Shown piece by piece: positions 50,584-58,986 of a DNA stretch of 64,000 nt. The stretch comes from Alphaproteobacteria bacterium (GTDB taxonomy: Bacteria > Pseudomonadota > Alphaproteobacteria > CADEGL01): the NCBI GenBank assembly GCA_046153685.1, contig JBJXGH010000096.1, positions 491 to 64,490 of the forward strand. Direction: 5' to 3'. Made by a program: the position numbers and the translations under genes. A model generated the notes under the pieces. That model did no database searches. It was given only the letters and a program-made list of their open reading frames with translations, and had not been told where the DNA came from. Each line of letters begins with the position of its first letter. Position 1 is the first letter of the stretch.

Positions 50584-51828
50584 ATGGAGGACGCACGCAA
50601 CCCCGCGGACGAGGCGCTTCCAGGCGGCAAGCTGCTTGCCAATATCATGCATTTTGCGCGCGCGCTGCGCGCCGCCGGCCTGCCCATCGGCCCCGGACGG
50701 GTGATCGAGGCGGTGCGCGCGGTTGAGTGCGCGGGCATGGGCAATCGCGGCGACTTTTACTGGGCGCTCCATTCGGTGTTCGTGAGCCGGCGCGACCAAC
50801 GCGAATTGTTTGATCAAGCATTTCATGTCTTTTGGCGCAACCCGCGCATTCTCGAACGCATGATGTCCATGCTTCTGCCCCAACTCGACATTCCCGGCGC
50901 CGAGCAGGGCCAGGAGCTGTCGAAACGCGTGGCCGACGCGCTGCGCGGCAATCAGGCAAGCGACGCCGAGCGCGAGATCGAGAAGGAGCCGGAAATCACC
51001 ATCGACGCGGTGATGACATATTCCGACCGCGAATTGCTGCAAAAGATGGATTTCGAGACCATGTCCGCGGTCGAGATCGCCGAGGCGAAGAAGCGCATCC
51101 GCTCGATGCGCCTGCCCATCGCCGAGGTCCCCACGCGCCGCCACGCGCCAGACCGCGCTGGCGCACGTATCGACATGCGGGCGACATTGCGCGCGAGCCT
51201 GCGCGCGGGCGGCGGCGATATTCCCTTGAAGCGCAGAGAACCGCGCCGGCGCCATCCCCCGCTCGTCATTCTGTGTGATATTTCGGGTTCCATGAGCCGC
51301 TATTCGCGCATGTTGCTACACTTCATGCATGCCGTGACGAACGACCGCGACCGCGTGTTTTCGTTCCTGTTTGGAACGCATCTGACGAACGTCACCCGAC
51401 ATCTGCGCCAGCGCGACGTGGACGTGGCGCTGGAGCGCTGCGGCGAAGCCGCCGGCGATTGGTCCGGCGGCACACGCATCGGCCAGTCGCTCAAGGATTT
51501 CAACCGCCAGTGGTCGCGACGCGTGCTCGGCCAGGGCGCGCTCGTGTTGTTCATATCCGACGGCCTCGACCGCGACGCGGGCGATGGTCTCGCCGGCGAA
51601 ATCGAGCGGCTGCACAAATCCTGCCGCCGGCTAATTTGGCTCAATCCCCTGTTGCGTTACCAGGGATTCGAACCCAGATCATTGGGCATGCGGGCCATTC
51701 TCCCGCATGTGGACGAGTTTCGACCCGTTCATAATCTCGAAAGTCTTGCGTCGCTTGCGGCGGCCCTATCCAGCCCCGCCCCGCGACGCGGAGAGGGCAT
51801 GGCAAAATGGCAAGCGACGCTCCATTGA
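50584..51828 (+). CDS. coxE: VWA domain-containing CoxE-like protein
   Basis: In-frame ATG 50584; C-terminal VWA with MIDAS-like LCDISGSM. Confidence 0.8.
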   Translation: MEDARNPADEALPGGKLLANIMHFARALRAAGLPIGPGRVIEAVRAVECAGMGNRGDFYWALHSVFVSRRDQRELFDQAFHVFWRNPRILERMMSMLLPQLDIPGAEQGQELSKRVADALRGNQASDAEREIEKEPEITIDAVMTYSDRELLQKMDFETMSAVEIAEAKKRIRSMRLPIAEVPTRRHAPDRAGARIDMRATLRASLRAGGGDIPLKRREPRRRHPPLVILCDISGSMSRYSRMLLHFMHAVTNDRDRVFSFLFGTHLTNVTRHLRQRDVDVALERCGEAAGDWSGGTRIGQSLKDFNRQWSRRVLGQGALVLFISDGLDRDAGDGLAGEIERLHKSCRRLIWLNPLLRYQGFEPRSLGMRAILPHVDEFRPVHNLESLASLAAALSSPAPRRGEGMAKWQATLH

Positions 51829-52163
51829 ACGCGCAAGCGAACGCGCTCGCGCACGAGAACATTCTCGAAGCGGCCTCCGAATGGTTGCAATCTGGCCGTC
51901 GGGTGGCACTGGCGACTGTGGTCACGACCTGGGGTTCTTCTCCCCGCCCGATCGGTAGCCAGTTGGCGGTCGACGACAAGGGCGCGATGATCGGCTCTGT
52001 TTCCGGCGGCTGCATCGAAGGTGCGGTGGTGCAGGAGGCCCTGGCTGCCATCGAGGACGGCAAGCCGCGCGTGCTCGATTTCGGCGTCACGCACGAACAG
52101 GCCTGGGCCGTGGGCCTTGCGTGCGGCGGCAAGGTGCAGGTTTACCTCGAGCGCATGGAATGA
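51807..52163 (+). CDS. XdhC family protein, N-terminal (XdhC_CoxI) module as separate ORF
   Basis: 118 aa; ..VALATVVTTWGSSPRPIGSQLAV...GSVSGGCIE. Confidence 0.7.
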   Translation: MASDAPLNAQANALAHENILEAASEWLQSGRRVALATVVTTWGSSPRPIGSQLAVDDKGAMIGSVSGGCIEGAVVQEALAAIEDGKPRVLDFGVTHEQAWAVGLACGGKVQVYLERME

Positions 52164-52882
52164 AACGCGAGCTCCTCGGCGCCCTGCTGGCCGCGCGGGC
52201 GGCAAAAACCCCGATCGCGCTCGCAACCAGACTCGACACCGGTGCACAAGCCTTGATCGGGCCTATGCCGGTCGGCGGGACCTGGTCGCGCGGCGATCTC
52301 ACGCTCGACGCGGATTCGCTTGCGGCCGTACACCTTGCGCTTGCCGGCGACACGAGCGGCATGATCGAAACACCTTCGTTCCGGATATTCGTCCAGGTGT
52401 ACAACCCGCCCCTGCGCCTCATCGTGGTCGGAGCCGTGCACATCGCCCAGGCGCTCGTGCCCATGGCCGCGCTCGCGGGCTACTCGGTCGTAGTCGTCGA
52501 TCCGCGCCGCGCCTTCGCTACCGATGCGCGCTTTCCCCATACCACCGTCACGACCGAATGGCCGGACGACGCCATGTCGCGACTCGCGCCCGATCGACGC
52601 ACGGCCGTCGTGACCCTAACCCACGATCCCAAGCTCGACGACCCGGCGCTGACGGTGGCGCTCAAATCCGATGCCTTTTACATCGCGGCGCTCGGAAGCC
52701 GGAAAACCCATGGCGCGCGCCTGAAACGCCTCAAGGATGCGGGCTTCGACGGCGCGGCGCTTGCGCGCATCCACGGCCCCGCGGGCCTTGCCATCGGCGC
52801 CAAGTCCCCTGCCGAAATTGCGCTTTCCATCATGGCCCAGGCGACCCAGATTCTCCACGCGAAGACCGGGGCGGAAGGGTGA
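52160..52882 (+). CDS. XdhC/CoxI family protein, C-terminal Rossmann-like module
   Basis: ATGA overlap with the preceding ORF; LIVVGAVHIAQALVPMAALAGYSVVVVDPR pattern. Confidence 0.7.
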   Translation: MKRELLGALLAARAAKTPIALATRLDTGAQALIGPMPVGGTWSRGDLTLDADSLAAVHLALAGDTSGMIETPSFRIFVQVYNPPLRLIVVGAVHIAQALVPMAALAGYSVVVVDPRRAFATDARFPHTTVTTEWPDDAMSRLAPDRRTAVVTLTHDPKLDDPALTVALKSDAFYIAALGSRKTHGARLKRLKDAGFDGAALARIHGPAGLAIGAKSPAEIALSIMAQATQILHAKTGAEG

Positions 52883-54540
52883 AGTTCGGCGACGTGCCGC
52901 TCGCCGAAGCCGAGGGCGCGATCCTCGCCCATGGTCTTGTTCTGCCCGGCCCAAGCGGCCCGCGTGGGGCCACCTACAAGAAGGGCCGGCGCCTGACGGC
53001 CGAGGATATCGGCGCCATCGCAAGAGCGGGAATCACGCGCGTGACAGTCGCGCGGCTCGACGGGGCGGACGCGCACGAGGACGAAGCGGCCGCAACCCTC
53101 GCCCGAGCCGCCGCGGGCCCGGGTCTCGAGACCGCGGCCCCCTTCACGGGGCGCGCCAATCTGTTCGCTGCGGCGCGCGGCCTCGCGGTCATCGATCGCA
53201 CCCGCATCGACGCCATCAACACCATCGACGAAGCCATCACGCTTGCGACCGTGCCGCCTTACGAGGTGGTCGAGGCGCGCCAGATGGTGGCGACGGTGAA
53301 GATCATCCCCTTTGCCGTGCCGCGCGCCTTGCTCGACCGCGCTCTGGCTATCACGAGCGCGGGCGGCGCGCTGGCTCGCGTCGCCCCCTTCCGGCCGCGC
53401 CCCGTCGCGCTCATCCAAACGCGCCTGGCAGGGATGAAAGAAGCCGTTCTCGACAAGACCGTCGCGATCGTTCGCGCGCGCATCGAGGCGCTGGGCAGCA
53501 CCCTTTCCGGCGAGCAGCGGTGCGCGCACGAAATAGAGGCGGTGCGCGCGGCCATCGCAAAGGCACAGAGCAGCGGCGCCGAGCTCGTGCTGATCGCCGG
53601 CGCGTCCGCGATCACCGATCGGCGTGACGTCGTGCCCGCGGCCATCGTCGCCGCGGGCGGGCGCATCGAGCATTTCGGCATGCCGGTCGATCCCGGAAAC
53701 CTTCTGCTACTCGCGCACGGCAACGCCAGCATCATATTGGGCCTGCCGGGCTGCGTGCGCTCGCCCAAGTTCAACGGTTTCGACTGGGTGCTGCGCCGCA
53801 TTCTCGCCGACGTGCCGGTCGTGGGGCGCGATCTCATGCTGATGGGCGCGGGTGGACTGCTCAATGAAATCCCAAGCCGCCCGATGCCGCGCGCGGGCGA
53901 TGCGGCGCCTGACGATCGCGCGCACAGCCAAAAGCGCCCAAAAATCGCCGCGCTGGTACTGGCCGCGGGGCTGTCGCGCCGGATGGGGCCGCGGAACAAA
54001 TTGCTTGCCGCGATCGACGGCGCACCCATGGTTGCACGCGCGGTGGACGCGGCGCTCGCCTCGCGCGCGCGACCCGTGGTCGTCGTGATCGGGCACGAGG
54101 CCGAGCGGGTGCAGAACGCCTTGGGTCACAAGCGCAAAGTCGAATTCGTCCACAATCCTGACTTCGCCCAGGGTTTGAGCGCTTCGCTGCAGCGCGGTCT
54201 CGCCGCCCTACCGCGGGATTGCGACGGCGTGCTGATCTGCCTTGGCGATATGCCGCGCGTAAGGGCGCAGACTCTTGACGCCCTGATCGACGCGTTCCAG
54301 CCGCTCGAGGGTCGCGCCATCTGCGTGCCGACCTTCCGCGGCAAGCGCGGCAATCCCGTGCTGTTCGCACGGCAGTTTTTCGCCGAAATGGCAGCGATCG
54401 CGGGCGATGTGGGCGCTCGCCACCTGATCGGAGAAAATACCGAGCTCGTCGCCGAAATCGACATGACCGACGAGGGTATCTTGCTCGATGTCGATTCGCC
54501 CGATGCGCTGGCCGCGCTCGATCCGGCCAAAACCGCGTGA
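52879..54540 (+). CDS. molybdopterin-binding (MoCF-biosynthesis domain) / MocA-like cytidylyltransferase fusion protein
   Basis: GTG start overlapping the xdhC stop (GTGA). The N-terminal half is a MoeA/CinA-like Moco-binding domain. The C-terminal half has the AALVLAAGLSRRMG..NK nucleotidyltransferase motif of MocA/MobA. Confidence 0.7.
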   Translation: MKFGDVPLAEAEGAILAHGLVLPGPSGPRGATYKKGRRLTAEDIGAIARAGITRVTVARLDGADAHEDEAAATLARAAAGPGLETAAPFTGRANLFAAARGLAVIDRTRIDAINTIDEAITLATVPPYEVVEARQMVATVKIIPFAVPRALLDRALAITSAGGALARVAPFRPRPVALIQTRLAGMKEAVLDKTVAIVRARIEALGSTLSGEQRCAHEIEAVRAAIAKAQSSGAELVLIAGASAITDRRDVVPAAIVAAGGRIEHFGMPVDPGNLLLLAHGNASIILGLPGCVRSPKFNGFDWVLRRILADVPVVGRDLMLMGAGGLLNEIPSRPMPRAGDAAPDDRAHSQKRPKIAALVLAAGLSRRMGPRNKLLAAIDGAPMVARAVDAALASRARPVVVVIGHEAERVQNALGHKRKVEFVHNPDFAQGLSASLQRGLAALPRDCDGVLICLGDMPRVRAQTLDALIDAFQPLEGRAICVPTFRGKRGNPVLFARQFFAEMAAIAGDVGARHLIGENTELVAEIDMTDEGILLDVDSPDALAALDPAKTA

Positions 54541-54547
54541 CCGGATA

Positions 54548-54976
54548 GTGGCCGAAGACCTATACCAAACCCGCTTGATCGCCCACGCCAAAGCGGCCCA
54601 CGGCAAGGGCCGAATCGCGCATCCCCATGGCAGCGCGCTTGCGGACAATCCGTTGTGCGGCGACCGCGTGCGCGTCGATATCCGCCTGCATCTCGGTCAG
54701 ATCGCCGAACTCAAGCACGAAGTGCGCGGCTGTCTCTTGTGCGAAGCGGCCGCCTCGGTCATGGGCGCGCACGTGCCTGGACTCGACGCATCCGCAATCG
54801 CCGACGCCGCGCGCGCGCTTGGCGCTTTTCTCAAGGGCAAGTCCGAGGCATTACCAGCGAACTGGCCGGAACTGGCCGATTTCGCCCCGGTGCGCGGCCA
54901 TCGCAGCCGGCATGGCTGCGTCCTTCTGCCTTTCGCCGCCGCCGAACAGGCGCTGCACAAGGCGCGCGGCGGCTGA
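54548..54976 (+). CDS. NifU/IscU-like Fe-S cluster assembly scaffold family protein
   Basis: LYQTRLIAHAKA..NPLCGDRV..GC..C pattern; start uncertain (GTG 54548 or ATG 54488). Confidence 0.55.
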   Translation: MAEDLYQTRLIAHAKAAHGKGRIAHPHGSALADNPLCGDRVRVDIRLHLGQIAELKHEVRGCLLCEAAASVMGAHVPGLDASAIADAARALGAFLKGKSEALPANWPELADFAPVRGHRSRHGCVLLPFAAAEQALHKARGG

Positions 54977-55020
54977 CGCCAAGAGACGCGCGCCCGCGCC
55001 ATGGGCTATGGTTCCCGGCC

Positions 55021-56712
55021 ATGGGACGCAGGGAATTATGGGCGAACGTTCGCACGGTACGGTTGATCACCGGCCTTGTGCTCTTTGCCTATGTGGCGAC
55101 GCATCTGCTCAATCACGCGGTGGGGGTTTTCTCTCTCGGCGCCGCCGAGAGCGCGCGTCACTGGTTTCTCTGGCTCTGGCGTAATCCCATCGGAACGCCG
55201 GTTCTGTATGCCAGCATCGCGATCCATTTCTTGCTCGCGCTGTGGTCGGTGTATCGCCGCCGAATCTTGCGCATGAAAGCGTGGGAAGCGGCGCAAATGC
55301 TGCTGGGCCTATCCATCCCGCCGCTCCTGATCGAGCACGCCATCGGCACGCGCGGCCTACACGAAATCACCGGATTGCAAGACAGCTACACCTACATTTC
55401 TCTCGTCCTTTGGGTTTGGCTGCCGGAGAAGGCCACGCAACAGATCGCGGCCCTTGCCATTGCCTGGTTGCACGGCTGCATCGGATTGCATTTCTGGCTG
55501 CGTCTCAAGCCTTGGTACCGAAGGGCGGTGCCGGTCTTTTACGCGGGCGCGCTCGTCCTGCCGCTGCTGGCTGTCGGCGGCTTTGTCAATATGGGCCGCG
55601 AGGCCGCCGCGCTGGCACGCGATCCGTCTTGGCTCGACACCGCGAAAGCCGCCATTGGATTTCCGGGAAAGGATATCGTGGCCGAAGCGGGTGCCATGCG
55701 CGACACGCTATTGTATCTGTTTGTCGCGCTGCTGGCCGCGACCTTTGCCTTGCGCGCGCTACGGCTATGGGTGGAGCGCCGACGCGGCATCGTGCGCGTG
55801 ACCTATTTCAGCAAGCGGCAGGTCGAGATCACGCCTGGCATGACACTGCTTGAAGCCAGCCGCATGGCCGGAATTCCCCATGCCTCAGTGTGTGGAGGGC
55901 GCGGGCGGTGCTCGACCTGCAGAGTGCGCGTGAGCACCGGCCTTGACCGCCAGCCGCAAGCGAGCGATGCCGAACGCAAGGTCCTTGACCGAGTGGGCGC
56001 GCCGCCCAATGTGCGCCTCGCCTGTCAACTGCGACCGAAATTCGACCTGACGATTGTGCCGCTATTGCCAACGGACGTCTCGCCGCGAGCGGCCCAGGCA
56101 CGGCCTGCCCATCTCGGCGGCGAGGAAATGGAGATCGCCATCCTGTTCGCCGATCTCCGCGGTTTCACCAAGCTGTCCGAGGGCAGGCTGCCCTACGACG
56201 TCGTCTTCGTTCTCAACCGATATTTCGAGGCCATGGGCCGGGCGGTCGAGGAATCCGGCGGCACGCTCGACAAGTTCATTGGCGACGGCGTCATGGCACT
56301 ATTCGGAATCGAGCGCGGCACCACCGCTGGCTGCCGCGAAGCCCTGGCCGCCGCCCGCGCGATGGCCACGCGCCTGGCCGAACTTAACCGCTCGCTCGGA
56401 TCGGACCTCGAAGAGCCGCTACGCATCGGCATCGGCATCCATGTGGGCACCGCAATCGTCGGCGAGATGGGTTATGCCCGCGCAGTCTCGGTCACCGCCG
56501 TCGGCGACGCCGTGAATACGGCCAGCCGACTCGAAGGCCTGACGAAGGGATACGGCGCGGAATTGGTGATATCGGAGGGGGTGGCCGAGGCGGCGGGCAT
56601 CAATCTCGATGCGCACGACCGCCACCGCGTGGAGATTCGCGGCCGAAGCGAACCGTTGCACATCCGGGTGATTGTCGAAGCCATCAGCCTCCCCAAAGGT
56701 CCGCCCCCCTAG
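55021..56712 (+). CDS. membrane-anchored [2Fe-2S] ferredoxin / class III adenylate-guanylate cyclase fusion
   Basis: 563 aa. About 6 N-terminal TM helices. Plant-type ferredoxin segment ..CGGRGRCSTCRV..LAC.. at ~aa 255-345. CHD cyclase domain (ILFADLRGFT..GDGVMALFG..) at ~aa 370-540. Confidence 0.8.
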   Translation: MGRRELWANVRTVRLITGLVLFAYVATHLLNHAVGVFSLGAAESARHWFLWLWRNPIGTPVLYASIAIHFLLALWSVYRRRILRMKAWEAAQMLLGLSIPPLLIEHAIGTRGLHEITGLQDSYTYISLVLWVWLPEKATQQIAALAIAWLHGCIGLHFWLRLKPWYRRAVPVFYAGALVLPLLAVGGFVNMGREAAALARDPSWLDTAKAAIGFPGKDIVAEAGAMRDTLLYLFVALLAATFALRALRLWVERRRGIVRVTYFSKRQVEITPGMTLLEASRMAGIPHASVCGGRGRCSTCRVRVSTGLDRQPQASDAERKVLDRVGAPPNVRLACQLRPKFDLTIVPLLPTDVSPRAAQARPAHLGGEEMEIAILFADLRGFTKLSEGRLPYDVVFVLNRYFEAMGRAVEESGGTLDKFIGDGVMALFGIERGTTAGCREALAAARAMATRLAELNRSLGSDLEEPLRIGIGIHVGTAIVGEMGYARAVSVTAVGDAVNTASRLEGLTKGYGAELVISEGVAEAAGINLDAHDRHRVEIRGRSEPLHIRVIVEAISLPKGPPP

Positions 56713-56738
56713 TGCAGACATGCCCGCATGGGCTGGTC

Positions 56739-57218
56739 CTACGAGCCCTTGGCTTTCTTGTGCTTCTCGATCTTCTCGGCGAGGTCGCGCTTCTCCTCGC
56801 AATTGCGGCACGCCCTATCGAGCACCTTGAGGCGCTCCTCGGCGGCCGCCAGATCGCCCATCTGCAGATAAAGCTCGCCCAAATATTCGTTCGCGCCTAA
56901 GTGGTTTGGCTCGATGTCGAGGGCGCGTTTGTAGTATCCGAGCGCCTTCTCGCGCTCGCCGAGATTACGGTGGCTATAGCCGAGATAGTTAAGCGCGTTG
57001 GCATTGCGCGGTTCGGTCGCGATGATCTTCTCGAAAAGCGCGATGGCGCCCTTGAAATCCTTGTCCTTCACGGCCTTTTCGGCCTTTGTGTAATCGGGCG
57101 AGCCCTTCGCCGCGCCTGCCGCAGGATCGCTGCCCATCGCCCATGCGCGCTCCGGTCCAGAGCATACCGCCACCAGCAATGCGCCAAGGCCGACCACCAT
57201 CCATATTGGAAATCTCAT
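56739..57218 (-). CDS. TPR repeat-containing secreted protein
   Basis: Start at MRFPIWMVVGLGALLVAVCSG (signal peptide) with GGGGAG RBS; TPR motifs (NALNYLGYSHRNLGEREKALGYYKRALDIEPNH..). Confidence 0.65.
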   Translation of the reverse strand: MRFPIWMVVGLGALLVAVCSGPERAWAMGSDPAAGAAKGSPDYTKAEKAVKDKDFKGAIALFEKIIATEPRNANALNYLGYSHRNLGEREKALGYYKRALDIEPNHLGANEYLGELYLQMGDLAAAEERLKVLDRACRNCEEKRDLAEKIEKHKKAKGS

Positions 57219-57633
57219 CGCGACAACTCCCCGCTTAGTCATGCTCGCCACTTTTGGTTCAACCGATGGGGATAATACGCATGGCGATGTGGCAGGTCCG
57301 TCGCCGAATCGGTAAAAAGGAAATTTATCCGGCTGGGACGACCGAAGCGATTTGGATTCGGCCGACGCCGCCCAGGGTAATTGACCATGGCCCGGATTGC
57401 GATTTAAGGACCTCGATTCGAGGGTAATTCAGAGAAATAAGACAAACTTACAGGTACAATATTATGGTTCAACCTTGGAATTTTAATTCGCGCCGACCAA
57501 TTCGGCCAAGTTTCTATTTTAGAATTAGGTGCTCCTTAGGGCCTTCTTTAATTTGACGAAATAAATTGACATTTTAGCCTTTTCCTAGGTACTATGGTTG
57601 TGACCGGCACCCAGAGATTATACAAACGAGACC
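57219..57633. repeat. anomalous AT-rich intergenic region with multiple short direct repeats
   Basis: About 40-45% GC versus ~65% flanking. TGGTTCAACC appears twice, GGGTAATT twice, GATTCG several times, AGGTAC-(N)-TATGGTT twice, and TTGAC -35-like hexamers several times. Confidence 0.6.
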
Positions 57634-58986
57634 ATGGCACGCGTTACTTTTACTGACGATGTCCTTCAGGTTCAGCCCCCTTCTCGCGGGCAAATCGATC
57701 TTTGGGACGAATCGTTCCCCGGATTCGGTCTGCGTATTTCGCAAGGTGGAACCCGCGCATGGGTAGTCATGGTTCGCCGCGACCGCCGCAAGGTTCGCGT
57801 GACGCTCGGCACCTATCCCGAAATGCCCGTCGAGACCGCACGTGGCCTGGCCCGCAGCCTGCTAGATGAAAGTCGCCGGCAGCACGGTACGCCACGACGC
57901 GGACGCGTCCCACGCGCCATGAGGTCTGCGGACTCGCGACATGCGCCTGCGGAGTATGCCGTCGATCCCGCCGCCGCCGGACTCCTGCCGGTATCATCGG
58001 CCGAGTTCCGGCGCACGGCCGCGCGACTCATTCAATTGATGGGCGAATTGCTTCGCCCCGATATGGCCCCCCCCGAACGCGACGCGCTCGACCGCCTGAT
58101 CCAGGCTGGCGCGCATATGGCCCCGACTCCCCCCGGGCTAGCGAAGGCCAGCCCGACCCTTCCCTCGGAAAGCCATGCGCCCGTCGCCACAGCGGACGTT
58201 ACGACCCCGATCCATAAGCCGCCCTCCGCCCAAAAGCCGCGCCTATTGCTGGTGGAGGACACCGAGCTCAATCGTTTGGTCACGCTGGCCATGCTGGGCA
58301 CGGCGCGGTTCGACATCGATTGCGTAACCAGCGGTGAAGCTGCTCTGGCCTCGGCGCAGGAAATTCTCTACGACGTGATTCTCATGGATATTTCCATGCC
58401 CGAAATGGACGGCATCGCCGCCACGCGCGCAATCCGCAGCCTGGCACCGCCCGTGTGCGACGTTCCGATTCTGGCTTTGACCGCCCATGCCATGGTTGGC
58501 GACCGCGAGCGCTGCCTAGCTGCGGGCGTGGATGACTACCTGCCCAAGCCCGTATCACGCAGCGATCTGTTGGAGCGCGTCGAGCGCTTCGCCCGGCATG
58601 GCCGCGCAGCCGCCGCCGATATCACGGGTGCGAGCGATGAGCCCGCGCTGAATCCCGAAGCGTTCGAGCAGCTACGAAGGGATTTAGGCCCGGCCTCGTT
58701 GATGCAGCTGTATGACGCAACCTTGCCTGAGCTTCAGACCCGCACGGCGGCCGCCAAGGCCGCCAACGAAGCTCGCGATCTCGACGCCCTGGCCCGCATC
58801 GCCCACTCGCTCAAGGGCGTCGCGACAACAATCGGCGCAAGGCGCCTTCAGGCCGCGACGACAGCGCTCGAAGCTGCGGCGCGCTCGGGCAGTACTCACG
58901 AAATCGCGCGCCTCCTCGAAAGCCTCGATGCACTTTCGGAAAAAACCATTCGCGCAATCGCCGCCGAACGCAGTCGAATCAGCTAG
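57634..58986 (+). CDS. chimeric regulator with phage-integrase N-terminal arm-type DNA-binding domain (DUF4102), receiver (REC) domain and Hpt domain
   Basis: aa 1-80: LQVQPPSRGQIDLWDESFPGFGLRISQGGTRAWVVMVRRDRRKVRVTLGTYPEMPVETARGLA matches the P4-type integrase arm-binding domain. aa ~202-318: REC with LLLVEDTELN..D(252)ISMPEMDG..ALTAH..K(305)P. aa ~340-445: Hpt with H391 in IAHSLKGVA. No integrase catalytic domain is present. The 5' ~150 nt has lower GC and AT-ending codons. Confidence 0.7.
   Translation: MARVTFTDDVLQVQPPSRGQIDLWDESFPGFGLRISQGGTRAWVVMVRRDRRKVRVTLGTYPEMPVETARGLARSLLDESRRQHGTPRRGRVPRAMRSADSRHAPAEYAVDPAAAGLLPVSSAEFRRTAARLIQLMGELLRPDMAPPERDALDRLIQAGAHMAPTPPGLAKASPTLPSESHAPVATADVTTPIHKPPSAQKPRLLLVEDTELNRLVTLAMLGTARFDIDCVTSGEAALASAQEILYDVILMDISMPEMDGIAATRAIRSLAPPVCDVPILALTAHAMVGDRERCLAAGVDDYLPKPVSRSDLLERVERFARHGRAAAADITGASDEPALNPEAFEQLRRDLGPASLMQLYDATLPELQTRTAAAKAANEARDLDALARIAHSLKGVATTIGARRLQAATTALEAAARSGSTHEIARLLESLDALSEKTIRAIAAERSRIS

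Noticed and set aside
52021-54540. 839-aa ORF suggesting a giant protein
   Set aside because: The N-terminal ~285 aa are an Arg-rich frame-shadow over the two xdhC modules; the real MoeA/MocA fusion begins at GTG 52879.
57254-57475. GGTTCAACC repeats as degenerate tRNA 3' ends / att sites of an integrated element
   Set aside because: They resemble a T-loop (GGTTCAAATCC) but lack an acceptor-stem complement and CCA. They do not match the 3' ends of the two tRNA genes in the window (37352-37973), which are also in the opposite orientation.
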